DNA of 60,169 nt, counting the filler, from Hausera hauseri (taxonomy: Eukaryota): assembly GCA_046269625.1 (NCBI GenBank). It is 12 parts of 12 records of this genome, joined end to end, with 100 filler letters (N's around TTAATTAATTAA, not from the genome) between each part and the next. Parts side by side here need not be neighbours in the genome. Positions count along the whole stretch, not along the records: positions 1 to 4,592 come from JBJURY010514349.1; positions 4,693 to 10,507 come from JBJURY010184417.1; positions 10,608 to 14,827 come from JBJURY010693216.1; 9 more parts are not named here. One strand, written 5' to 3'. A program made the position numbers and the translations under genes. Below, one piece after another: positions 1 to 11,122 of this stretch; positions within the stretch are counted from its first letter, which is position 1; every line of letters begins with the position of its first letter. The notes beneath the pieces were generated by a model. It was given only the letters and a program-made list of their open reading frames with translations, was not told the DNA's origin and ran no database searches.

Positions 1-789
1 TGGTTTTGTATTGATTGCTGAAATTCGGAAAACCTCACTTCTCAAGTTCTGATTGAAATTCTTGATGAATGGCGTTGAACTCAACCTCTAAATACGTACA
101 TAATCACCAATTTTATATTTTTGGCGTTTAATTGTTGCTTGTCGGTCTTGATATAGCCACATGTCCAAATCATCGGTTACATCAACCAACCGTAACCTGT
201 TGATGCTGTGATGTGTCGAATGATTGTGTGCATGAATAATATCCGACAGTACATCTACCCAGTGTTTATTGCCTTGTTTCGTAAAGAATTTATTTAGTCT
301 ACCGTGCATGGTTCGATTGAATCGTTCAACGAATGCAGCCTTGTATTGAAAAAACATAGATTTGTGGTTTACGCAGAACCGTTTCAAAACCGATGCAACA
401 TGCGAATTGTAGAATTCTTTACCAAATCCGTTTGTACATGCATCGGCGTTGGTTGTTATTGGTTTAGTAATATGTGAACAGCGTCGGCAATTTCTTTACC
501 GGATTTTTATTTGACGGCATTTGCATGTACAAAAGGACTAAACACATAAATACACTTCAGCACTTACCGATATCCATCTTAAATGCTAGTGTACGGAATA
601 ATTTCCATCAGATCCATTTGCCATACATTATTTACGCCTGCAGCACGGTATGCACGAGTTGGAAAACATTTTCTTATTGGTTTGTTCAGGCTGTATGCCA
701 ACTGTTTCCCGAGCCTCTGTTGGGTTTGTCGTCAGTTTGTCGACGCCAGCATACCCGACGGGATGACGCGGATCGAACCATACGTCCAT
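1..789 (-). pseudogene. Polinton-type rve integrase (frameshifted)
   Basis: N-terminus WFDPRHPVGYAGVDKL; core KEFYN...KAAFVERFNRTM...WVDVLSDIIHAHNHSTH; C-terminal KYKIGDYVRI, spread across several frames. Confidence 0.85.
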
Positions 790-931
790 CGTTGTCGGTG
801 TTGTCCATGTAGCTTTCGTTTGCATTGCAACAATTAGAACGGAAAGTGAATGAAAGACTCGGTAAAGTGGGACAAAAAGATGAAAACCATGTACCCATAC
901 CGCCACAACATAATATACTTGCATTCATTGT

Positions 932-1228
932 CTATACTATACTGCTGTTGCCACCGATGATACCACACAGTAATGACTTGACAACTGATAGAATTACGTC
1001 AATGAATCCTCCCTCTTGCTGGTATACGACCTCTCGTTTCAGTCGTTTACTACCAGCATTGGTAAGACCAATGAGTTGTTTTCGATACTTTAGTAAATTA
1101 CGCTTTCCACTATCAATGAGAACGTGGCTCACAACAGTATTGTACAAAATTTCCATAAAATCGTTTACTACAAATTGCGGAAATGATCGTATCATGTTTC
1201 TTTTATGTCTCGACGGGGCTTTAAGCAA
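932..1228 (-). CDS. Small Polinton protein with QQEGGF motif (adenain-type cleavage-site-like, possible core protein)
   Basis: FMEILYN...KRLKREVVYQQEGGFIDVILSVVKSLL, located between ATPase and integrase. Similar xGGF-motif small proteins are common in Polintons. Confidence 0.55.
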   Translation of the reverse strand: MLKAPSRHKRNMIRSFPQFVVNDFMEILYNTVVSHVLIDSGKRNLLKYRKQLIGLTNAGSKRLKREVVYQQEGGFIDVILSVVKSLLCGIIGGNSSIV

Positions 1229-1504
1229 AACAATAAAGTACGGTTGACTACGTTGAAGCGCATATTTCCTCAGTGTGTATTGATGCGTTGACGTAGTTGT
1301 TTATAATCGCTGTCACTTTGAGGGTAATTTGTGTCTCGTTGATGTTGTTTGAAGCACTGAATTAATTAATCGCTTAACTGCAGCGTTAAGTTTTGCTGCA
1401 GTTTATGCACGTTTCTTTTTTGACACCTGTATGATTGGTTTACGTTTAGCAATTGTTTTGCGGAAATTCTTCATTTCTTCAGTACCATCATCACATCGAT
1501 TTTG

Positions 1505-2190
1505 GAATTTGTTTATAGGCATACACGCCTTTCGGATTGAAAATATCTGTTCGTACACGCATGTCATCTGGACACTATTGTGTAAAGTCAATGAAGAGAT
1601 ATCTGTGCGGCTTGGTCGTAGCATCATGGTATGCGTCAATTAAGTAGGCCCGATTGTGAGGAAATGCTTGCCGTGCAACATAATCTATTATAGTCTGATC
1701 ACGGGGAGTTTTGAACAATACTAAATAATGTACGTTTAGATTTCTTGTTTGATGCTGTCCTCCCTGATGGAACATGTGTTGCGTAATGAAAATAACCGTC
1801 ACACCACTGTGTCGTGCAATTTTCGTGAACAGGTTGTTGAAGTCGGTTTGTTTCGCGGATTCTTGGAATAAATCATCAATGACAATAACGTCACAAATGC
1901 ATAATCGTCCGGACCCATTCTCATCAAACCCATATATTACTGTCATCGATTTTAATTTACAAAATTCCTGATGTGCTACCGAGTGTCTCTTGATCAATGG
2001 AAGCCGAGATAGTGTCCACAAGTGTCCACAGGATTTTACATGCATCATATTTCAATCCGGCAAGTGTCGTATTATGGCTTGTTGCAAACCAATTACAGCT
2101 GACAGTAACAGTAAACTACTGCCATTCGGAATTGTAATTGACCAAATTCAATCAATAAGAGTAATGACTCAGTTAGATTTCTCGTGAATC
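1505..2190 (-). pseudogene. Polinton packaging ATPase (A32/FtsK-HerA-like)
   Basis: Walker B IVIDDLFQES, LFTKIARHSGVTVIFITQHMF, RNLNVHYLVLFKTPRD, AYHDATTKPHRYLFIDF*CPDDMRVRTDIF; Walker A region degraded. Confidence 0.88.
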
Positions 2191-3128
2191 AATCTGCACA
2201 AATTAACAATGACTACTGAATATATTTATGAATCCGAACTGTTTCCCGTGCTGAGATTAACACTGTTCCGTCCACTTTGTGTCAATGTGTTTACAGTGGA
2301 AAAATTGTCATACTCGGTATTCCGACAATGGACTATGAATCGACTGTTAATCAAATTAAAAACTACAAATGTTTTAGTGAATCAAAATAATGTATTCTGC
2401 AAAAAGAACTATAAATACAACTCTCACGTTCGTTCAAACATTACTACTACTATGGAAGACGATGAAACTAAACTATTCAATGGTGATAATGATGAGACTT
2501 CTAATTCGTCATGATAGTTTGGTGACGAGAAAGGCAATGTCGAACTTCTAAAACCCAAAACAGAACCTGTTCATAATCAGCAAAACCGTTGATAAACGGC
2601 AAGTGGGAATGATTGATAGTAGAATACGCAAACGAAAATTAAAGTCGGTGGCTCGTCAAACACCGACATTTTTACCGAAACGATTTTTCCGAAAGTATCA
2701 AATGCATATTTTTCAGACTCCCGTACAGGTTTCCCTAAATTGTCCGGTGTGGTTGAAGGCAAGCACGTAAGTTATAGTTTAAAACGACTGTCGGGTCTAA
2801 ATTTGAATAAACTCACTGATGCTTTACATCAATTAAACATCGATTTAAAGTTGAATGAAACGGCCTTACAACAGCAATCTGTCGGTTTTACCAGTGGTAA
2901 AAGCTAAATTGTTTGATTTTATTGGTCGAGAAATGTCTAATGCGCCTGATGATAATTTAAAGTGTCGACCTAACATTGAATTGTAAGGATAGAGAGAAAA
3001 GACTGTGTCAAAGCCCGATTTGGTGTATAGCCGAAGAATATTTTAATTACCAACAAATGCTGTTTTACTGTTATGAACCCAATTAACGAGTATAAATTGC
3101 ATGTAATTTTAATATTGGTATAAGAATA

Positions 3129-3592
3129 ATGGTAATAGACGAAGTAAAGATTATTTTGACAGATGAAGGTGCTACTGTAACCCAGACGGGTGACAGCAAA
3201 TATTGCAAGCTACAACGTGTTTTCTACTAACGTGTTTTCGTGCAGACAGGACAATCGAATGTATAATGACGGAGATTCAATAGCAATTCTACCCCATTAC
3301 TATGGCCAACGGATATCGAAAAGCGGATTGGCAAAGCTTGTACTGACGGTTATTGGTTGTGTAATTGATTTAGGCCTCCGTGGTGAAATTAAGGCGTTGC
3401 TGGAAAACCATTCTGGACTATTGTATGATATTTCGAAAGGCAATGCAATCGCACAAATTGTATTTCTTCGATGTGAAGAGATGGAATTCAGTGTAATGTC
3501 ACTAGAATAGTGGGGATTGTTTTGTCAGTGAACCACAAAATGAACACAAAGAATCTGGTTTCAGAGATATGGACAAAACCACTTACGTTTAA
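3129..3592 (+). pseudogene. dUTPase-like gene (degraded)
   Basis: YYGQRISKSGLAK (motif II-like), GCVIDLGLRGEIKALLEN (GxIDxDYRGEI-like), KGNAIAQIVF (motif IV), C-terminal SGF. Confidence 0.8.
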
Positions 3593-3650
3593 TCATAATA
3601 ATAATTAGTTGTTTTGTGTTATAAAAAATGATTTTGTACGTAAATTAATA

Positions 3651-4188
3651 ATAGTGACTGGATTTATAGATATGGTAGCTTTCCAAGACGACAGTGCTCG
3701 GTACATGATAAAGGATTTATGCATTGTGGACGTTTGTAATATTTTAAAATCACTTGTGTAGGTATTCAAGCCATTCGTTATGTGGAAAAACGTGACAGAA
3801 AAGGCGAAAATTACCAAAGGGTTTCTCATACGACATCGTCATAGACTTTATTGGCACGAAGGCAATTCAAAGTTTTGAGTGTCATGTATCACGAGACATT
3901 TGTTATCGTTTTGAAATCCGAAATACCATGTTTTACGTTAAAGATCAAATTAGCGGTCAGAAGTTTACGCAACTGCGTTCACAATTTCCCGACCTTAGAA
4001 TGAGAACGTATTCAACATCGAACAACTCAACAATGGTGGTGGTACCTGATTATATTTTATGTCCGTATTGTAAACATGGACCGCATTGTGCGCACAAAAA
4101 ATATTTAGCGCTGTGTATAGATTGTTTTATGCAAAAAATAAACGTATTTCTTTTCTCTCATTTAAATAAGCTTCACAATATTAAATGA
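3651..4188 (+). pseudogene. DEDD-exonuclease-like Polinton/viral accessory protein with C-terminal Cys/His motif
   Basis: Manual translation: FIDMVAFQDDSARYMIKDLCIVD..*VFKPF.MW...TKGFLIRHRHRLYWHEG, then FYVK...CPYCKHGPHCAHKK. Confidence 0.5.
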
Positions 4189-4592
4189 TTATATAATTAA
4201 AAATAATTACCAATTGACAATGGATTTGTTTAAGAGGACATTACTAATGGACAATGATATATATTTCTGGACAAAAAAATAATGTGTCAACAACAACCAG
4301 TATGATGTTGTAATATAAACCCATCGTGTAAGTATAACATGTTTACATTTGTGTGATATAAACAAAACAATTTGATACACATGAATGTATAGAGATAAAA
4401 TTTTATTTTGTCTGTCTCTACAAAAAATGTATTCTGAAAACAATTCAGGTGACTCTTCTGTAAGACAAAGTACAACCAATATTCGCTCAGAAAATGCAGG
4501 TTGTGTAATGGATACAACTTACATTATCTGAGCAAAGCAATTCAATTGCTATTGACTCAAACGGTCAAAACTAAACCGGGGAAATATATTCT

Positions 4593-4692
4593 NNNNNNNN
4601 NNNNNNNNNNNNNNNNNNNNNNNNNNNNNNNNNNNNTTAATTAATTAANNNNNNNNNNNNNNNNNNNNNNNNNNNNNNNNNNNNNNNNNNNN
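4593..4692. other. Artificial contig-joining spacer (N-run + TTAATTAATTAA + N-run). The same spacer is at 10508-10607, 14828-14927, 19787-19886, 25105-25204, 30058-30157, 34152-34251, 38296-38395, 43321-43420, 48802-48901 and 55762-55861
   Basis: Identical 100-nt linker with stops in all six frames, repeated 11 times; content changes abruptly across each. Confidence 0.98.
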
Positions 4693-4829
4693 CAAGTTAC
4701 TTGGCGTTGAAGTAAACAAAAAGTTGCTTTGGCACAATGATGATGTAACGAATGTACACTATTAAATACTTTTTTTCTGTAAAGATTCGGCAAGAATTAT
4801 TTTGGATTGCCTGATTTGGAAGTTTCTAA

Positions 4830-7450
4830 GGCCACGCCGTCAACGATGTGGTGAGACTTGAACGACTAAAGGATATCTTGAGATGGTTGATTTTCTTGGA
4901 GTTTTGTCTGAGTAAAAATTGGCGAAAAATTGACTGAACCGACTGATCTGGATAAAAAATCGGAAACTAGATTGTCAACAGTGAATATGTTTAATGTCGA
5001 AGTTAAACGTGGATAAATATGAAATTTGTCGTTCTTGTCGAGTTGAAGGGTGTTTTATTGCTATTATATTAATCAACGGTTTGTGATCAGTCTGTATAAC
5101 AAAATGATGAGCTATAAGTAAGTGAGAAAAATGTCTTAAAGCAAGAACTATTGCCAGCAGTTCCCGATAGAAAGTTGAATATCTAGTTTCTGGTGGCGTT
5201 AATTTTCGGGAAAAGAATTTTAGGGGCTGATTTTCGCCTTTATACAACTGGTGTAGTACGGCACCTACTGCGATGTTTGATGCATTTGTGGTCAAAATTA
5301 GCTCAGCGTCAGGCTTAGGAAATGCTAGTATTTCAATAGTCTTTAGTTCTTCGCATAGCCTATCAAACTTATTAACCACATGATTTTTTGGTGTTTTTTT
5401 TTCCTCCGCTTAAGTGTACAAAAGATGCCGTGAGTTCCGAACAATATAGGATATAATTGTGGACGAAATGCAAGATACCTAGAAAACTACGCATTTCTGT
5501 GGTTGTCTTAAGTAGTTGGTCGTTTTTAGGAGTCTCAACTCGATCAGGCTGAGGTGAATGTCCGCTTGAGGGCATAACATGTCCAAGAAAATTAACGCGT
5601 TTTTCGAAGATGTTACATTTTGCAAAATTTATCTTTAGGTTGAACTGATTAAGTCGTTGGAAGATAGATCGTATGTGTTCCTCGTGTTGTTTAATGGAAG
5701 AAGAAGCAACCAAGATATCGTAAATATATGGGTGTGAAAAAGGGAAGTCTGAAAGGATTGAGTCGACGTGTCGCTGAAAAGTCTGCGCAGCATTCCGGAG
5801 ACCGAAAAGCATGTACAAGTACTCATAAAGACCGAAAGGTGTGGTAATTGCAGTTTTCTCGACGTCTTCCGGTGCGACAGGAATTTGATGGTATGCTTTG
5901 GCCAAATAAATTGTTGAATAAACTGTAGTAGAATTAAGCCGATGTAATATGACTTTGATTAATGGTAAGGGATATGCATCCATTATGGTTAAAGTATTAA
6001 GCTGGCAGTAATCGCCGTATGGTCGGAAGGATCCATCATTTTTGGACAACGTGGAGAGGCGAAGACCAAGGGGATTTAGTTCTACGGACAATACCCGATT
6101 GTCCGAGTTCAAAATATTCCGCCTCTACTGCCTGCCTGCGACGCGATGACAATGGATGGACCTTTTGTCGAATTGGTCTTTGGTATCGTGTAATTATATA
6201 GTGGTAAATGCCGTTTACAGGGGTGATATTTCGATCTTTCTGAAGTATACGAGGACAAGAAGTATTGATGAATTGTTGTAAACGTACTGGTAGTTGCTGG
6301 AATATTGGAAGTGACGATGAACCGAGGTTGCTAGCAGTACTTGGTGAATGTTAATTGATAGTTGGTGGGGAATCGAGTGGAATTTGATGTAGGATGGTCG
6401 TGTCTGAGACCTTATTCGAGTAAGTGTTGATGTTTAATGATTTTACTGAAGATACAAGATCGTGAGCGTCGGCATTGAGCTGTGACTGACTATCGACATT
6501 GTTCTTTGACAGCTTACGAGGTAAAACGTGATAGTTACGAGAATTAAGAAGTGGTTTTGACTGTTTTAAGATTGACTGCCTACTTATTGTTGGATGTTCT
6601 GTCGTCGGGGGGGGGGCTGCCTATTTCTGTACTATAATCTTCAGGTGTATTTAATTTCAGACATCGTTGGTTACAATGGACTAGAAAGTTATTATACGAC
6701 AGGAAATCGGAGCCAAGTATAGCCGTCTGGACGTTAGCGACTGTAAACGTCCAATGAAATGGTGGGGAAAATTTTGGTAGAGTGAAAGATAATTTGCAAG
6801 TTCTGGAAATATAAATTGGTTGACCGGAGGCGGTGTATAACGGTTTTGTTTTAAGTGAAGAATGTTTAACTAGAAAAGAAAGTGATAGTAATATGATCGA
6901 TGCACCGGTATCAATGAGAAAGTCTATGGATTGAATGTTAGAAGTGAAGATAGCAGCTTTTAGTGTAAAGACTGCAAAAGAAATGTGGCGGCAAGAAGAA
7001 TTAGGTAAGCTGCCTTTGCCAGAATCTGCCGTGAATACTGGCAGCGAAATCAGTTTTTTGGATTGGTGAGTTTGTACGATTAATGTTAGAGAAACTGACA
7101 CGTATATCAGTGGTGTAGTTATGGTTAGTTTTATAGTGGCAGCCCGAAATACAATTCCGTGCATTTGATCAAAATTTTGCATAATTGATGCAAACAATGT
7201 TATCTGAGTGTAGATGCGAGGAATAATATTTACAGCCTAAACAGCATTTATTTGCTTTGTTATTAAATTTGTTTTGATAATAACATATAAATGACCGCGT
7301 TGGTGACGGTGTTCGATTTCTGGAAAGAGAGCGCGTTCGATGAGGTGAGGAAGCATTCCGTCGATGTAAGGAAAGGTCATTCAGCTTATCATTGATGGTG
7401 TTGATTGTATGTTGTTGGTGCAGCGGAATTTAACAGGCGATACTTCCATG
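4830..7450 (-). mobile_element. Ty3/Gypsy LTR retrotransposon, gag end-PR-RT-RNase H (degraded)
   Basis: Gag Cys motif CINYAKF*SNARNCISGC; protease FLIDTGAS; RT DAYPLP...KAYHQIPVAPEDVEKTAITTPFGLYEY...YIYDILVAS; RNase H TNASNIAVGAVL...RELLAI...TDHKPL. Confidence 0.95.
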
Positions 7451-7499
7451 CACCAACAAAATGCGGTTATGAATTTTATATTTTGTGACGTTATTATCT

Positions 7500-8316
7500 A
7501 CACCCAAGGATCGGTGTTTGATATACTATCATCTCCTCAATACTACACACTATCGCTAACACCATCCAATTTCGGTGGTAACTCCTTAATAGACTGCAAG
7601 TCAGTGAATGTTTTGGCAGCAGTATATGGAAAAAGTAGCTTTTCCTTTAATGATGTCAGAAGGAAAAGCCGACTCAGTAAATGGGTAACTATCTAAGTTG
7701 GAAGCCAACGTCTTCAGTGAAGCCGGTAGAAACTGCAGTATCCAGAAATTTAATAGTAACTGACTTTTTACCCGAACAGCGGATCATTGCATTTATTGTT
7801 AGGAACTTTTCTGTTGTTTTCGGAATAATACTTAATTTCCAAATTCCGAATTTACTCGATACGTGTTTCAAGATATGATGAAGATCATATCCACTCAAAT
7901 TGTGAAACATAACTGGTAAGTTGTATTTGATCTGACGAGCCAAGTTACATTTGTTACAAGCAGGACCTAAGAATTTACCTGTAAAATGGCAGTGGTCTCT
8001 AACAAATTGAGAACCAGTTTCATGACAGAAGTAACAAGTTGTTGTATTTTTAAACCCATACCATTCAGCCGAAGTTAACGAGATCATCGGTTTTTTTGCA
8101 TCCTGGTAGAAAGGAAAAACTAAGGTTTTTACTATGTTTTCCAGGCAAGCTAAAAATTCGACTATACAATTTTCACCTACAAATTTACAATATTCAATAC
8201 GTGTTAGTCCTACTAACAAGAAACCGGCTGCAGCAGGCAAATGACTATATTTAATCTTATCGTTAAATAAAAATACAGATTTGAAGTCAGCATATACGAC
8301 AAAAGGAGGACATATT
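7500..8316 (-). pseudogene. Protein-primed DNA polymerase B fragment (Polinton/adintovirus; exonuclease plus endonuclease-VII-like insert)
   Basis: PPFVVYADFKS (ExoI), CYFC...VRDHCHFTGKFLGPACNKCNL, PVMFHNLSGYDLH (ExoII), IKFLDT, KLLFPY. Confidence 0.9.
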
Positions 8317-8425
8317 TGTGGTGTCCACAGCGGCTGGCACCGTCTGGCCTATTTGGTTGGACACGGCCGGGCGTCCGTTGCGGCAACGTCGGGTACATAG
8401 TTGGGCCCGATTCCCCGACTCGGAA
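8317..8425 (+). mobile_element. Gypsy LTR 5' head (copy A), abutting the pPolB gene
   Basis: TGTGGTGTCCACAGCG...GGCCTATTTGGTTGGACACGGCCGGGCGTCCG...GGGCCCGATTCCCC aligns with the PPT-preceded LTR start at 20179(-) and with copies at 45034(-) and 53434(-). Confidence 0.8.
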
Positions 8426-9602
8426 ATTTCACTAATTTTGTTCAAATTTTGGATTATGTGTAATGGGCACAGGACGTGCTGCCCCGAGATCTACTGAACG
8501 TTTTTAATATTTAAAACAGTTGACTTCCGAATACCAACAATCTGATCAATTTAATCATCGAAACCCAATCGTTGCCAATCTTGCAAATATTGCGTACGAT
8601 TGTCGTAATTATCGATATTTGGTTAGATTGAACGTCCTGGACGTATTTTTTTCATTGTTTAACGCAACAGGACAGTACCAAGTACATTAAATTGCGTTCC
8701 GTTATTGGTATATGCAACATATGTGCAAATCAACCATATCATTCGATAATTTGCAACAACGACAATTTATGGTCATTGCTGAATTGTTTATCGTCACCAA
8801 ACATTGACATTGTCATCATAGCAATCATCGCCTTCATTTATTTATGCGAAACCGACATCAGCCGAAGTTCAGTCCTTTTGCCGACCGTCGTCAAGACCTG
8901 TCGGAATTTGCCGCAGTCAACGAATCCACGATTGCTGAACATTGCCACCATATTTCTCTATCATTGTGCTACACCAAACTGCCGTGTGATTTTCTCGAAT
9001 GACGTTCCGATACAATTTCTGGTTGTTGCCGAATCACCTGCGCATTTGCCACTGTAAACCGGTCGTCCGTGTTTTACCTGGTTTCATCACGATTTTCTTG
9101 TTATCTGATGGCAGTTCAGCGACAATTTTCCGTCCGGAATGTCTCTAGCCGACATGTGTTAGTGTGGATTACGTCCGTCACTCACTGCAAAAAATGTCCC
9201 CAGCTGTCGTTGTCAATGGGGAATTGTTTGTCAATCCTAAAAATCCACCATCACAATCTGTCGAGAATATAATGTTAAACAGCGCACTCAGTGCCGCGTT
9301 ACCGTTATCCCAGCAAATCGATATTTATTGGAAACTCGCCAAATATCTGACTTACATTTCTCGTAGTGCTGACTGCCTACTGTGACAGTCTCATGACCCC
9401 AGTACAATCGATCCATGGTTGTTGCTAATTGCCAGTGCCTGTACGTTGTCTACTAGTCCATCAGCGAATGCCTTCAATCAGGTCATTGAAATACCATTTG
9501 ATTTTCAAATGGTTCGTACTCGAAATCGACCACTTGTAGTCGGCAAATTGAGCCCATCACATGCCATACTATTTGCTACAATGAGTTCAATTGTTGAATT
9601 AT

Positions 9603-10492
9603 CTCCACTGGTGTATTGTTCATAATGGTGGTCTTCTAATTCTCACTGCTTATTTGTTGATTAGAGTCCGTGCATGGAGTAAATGCCCTATACAAATATT
9701 TGTCGTTTCCAGTGAAACTAATCACACTATCAATTTAAGAAAAGAATTTAAACAATTCATTTATGATTTTCGAATTGCTGCCGACGTAGAAATTGTCGAA
9801 TTGGATCAAGCTGACATTTCAGCTTATGTTTTCCAACGAACAATGGACATGGATATGCGAAAAAACTCATGGAAAACATGAATTTCGATTCAACACTATA
9901 AGTTCAATCAATTCGTGACAAACATCATACAAAAGGAGATGAGTTGAACTTTGTTGCTGATGCAAAAGCAAAATTGATGTCTGTTCCTAGTATCAGTATT
10001 GATATTGAAGATTACGACGCAAAGAGCAACATTAAATCGAAAGAAGATGACAACAAAGTGCATACCAATCCAGTCGAAAATACTCAATCAGATGGAATGA
10101 AAACATCGACTACAGAACAGATACTTATTTTCACAACTGATGCTACTCCACAGCAAAATCAGCCATCAGTAATCTTTGCAAATCCAGTAAAACCACACTA
10201 GAATGAAACATCAGAACGAAATAATGAATTTACATTTTCTCCCACGGCACTAAAGGGAATGAAACCTCCATGAACCAACAGACGAATGCACAATGCCGTA
10301 AAATTAAACGAAATGATCCGCGGTAAATCTCAAAATGCTTGTTTGGTTCTCGTCAATCTTTTCAGTCCATCAAAGGACAAAACGAGTGATTACAATTACA
10401 TGGAATACGTCGAAACGCTTACCGAAGGACTCTAACGAGTTTTGTTAGTCTGAAGAACTGGCAAAGAAGTCATTACAGCATTTACCGAATAA
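9603..10492 (+). pseudogene. Intronless K-Cl cotransporter (SLC12A4-7/KCC-type) C-terminal domain fragment
   Basis: WCIVHNGGLLILTAYLL..AWSKCPIQIF...RIAADVEIVELDQADISAY; RMHNAVKLNEMIRGKSQNACLVLVNL...NYMEYVETLTEGL*RVLLV*RTGKEVIT. Contains a frameshift and stops, and no introns. Confidence 0.9.
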
Positions 10493-11122
10493 ATCCAATC
10501 ATTGGCANNNNNNNNNNNNNNNNNNNNNNNNNNNNNNNNNNNNNNNNNNNNTTAATTAATTAANNNNNNNNNNNNNNNNNNNNNNNNNNNNNNNNNNNNN
10601 NNNNNNNAGGAGGGGCAAATGAAAAAGCGTGATCCGCTGTACTGTACTGCATAATATCTGGACATTGTGTCTTCACATAGCTGTCGTTCATGTACCTTGT
10701 TGGTACAATAATTAAAGTTACAAATCTATATGGTGATATAATAGTATAACACAATTAAAATAATATACCATTTTGATACGTACAATAAAGTTTCAAGGTA
10801 CAAACTTCATCACTTTATTTATAGTAAATATCATTCAATCAAATTTCAGCCAATCAAAATGAAGTATAGCAATGATTAAACAATATACAGTCTAAATGTC
10901 AATAGTTAAGTACTTCATATGTATGAAAGACACTAGATAACTGTATAAAGTACAATTTTACTTAATGCGTGTGTGTGAGTGACACTAGATAAGTGTATAA
11001 TGTACAGTTTTACTTAATATGTGTGTGTGTACAATTAATATGTGTATGCGTTTTTTTAATGCGATTTTAGGAGTTTTCGCGCGGCGCTTTGCGCTGCGTT
11101 TCGAATAGGAGGGTGGTGATCC

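Larger units (their letters stand above)
1..4592. mobile_element. Decayed Polinton/Maverick (adintovirus-like) element fragment
   Basis: Retroviral-like integrase, small QEGGF protein and A32/FtsK-like packaging ATPase on the - strand. dUTPase-like and exonuclease-like genes on the + strand. Several are disrupted by stops or frameshifts. Confidence 0.85.

Noticed and set aside
4637-4648. Recurrent TTAATTAATTAA palindrome
   Set aside because: Artificial linker inside N-runs; ORFs ending in XXX-LIN are artefacts.
7400-8316. Gypsy-pPolB fusion as a novel hybrid element
   Set aside because: Both parts are decayed and truncated; nested insertion or rearrangement is the simpler explanation.
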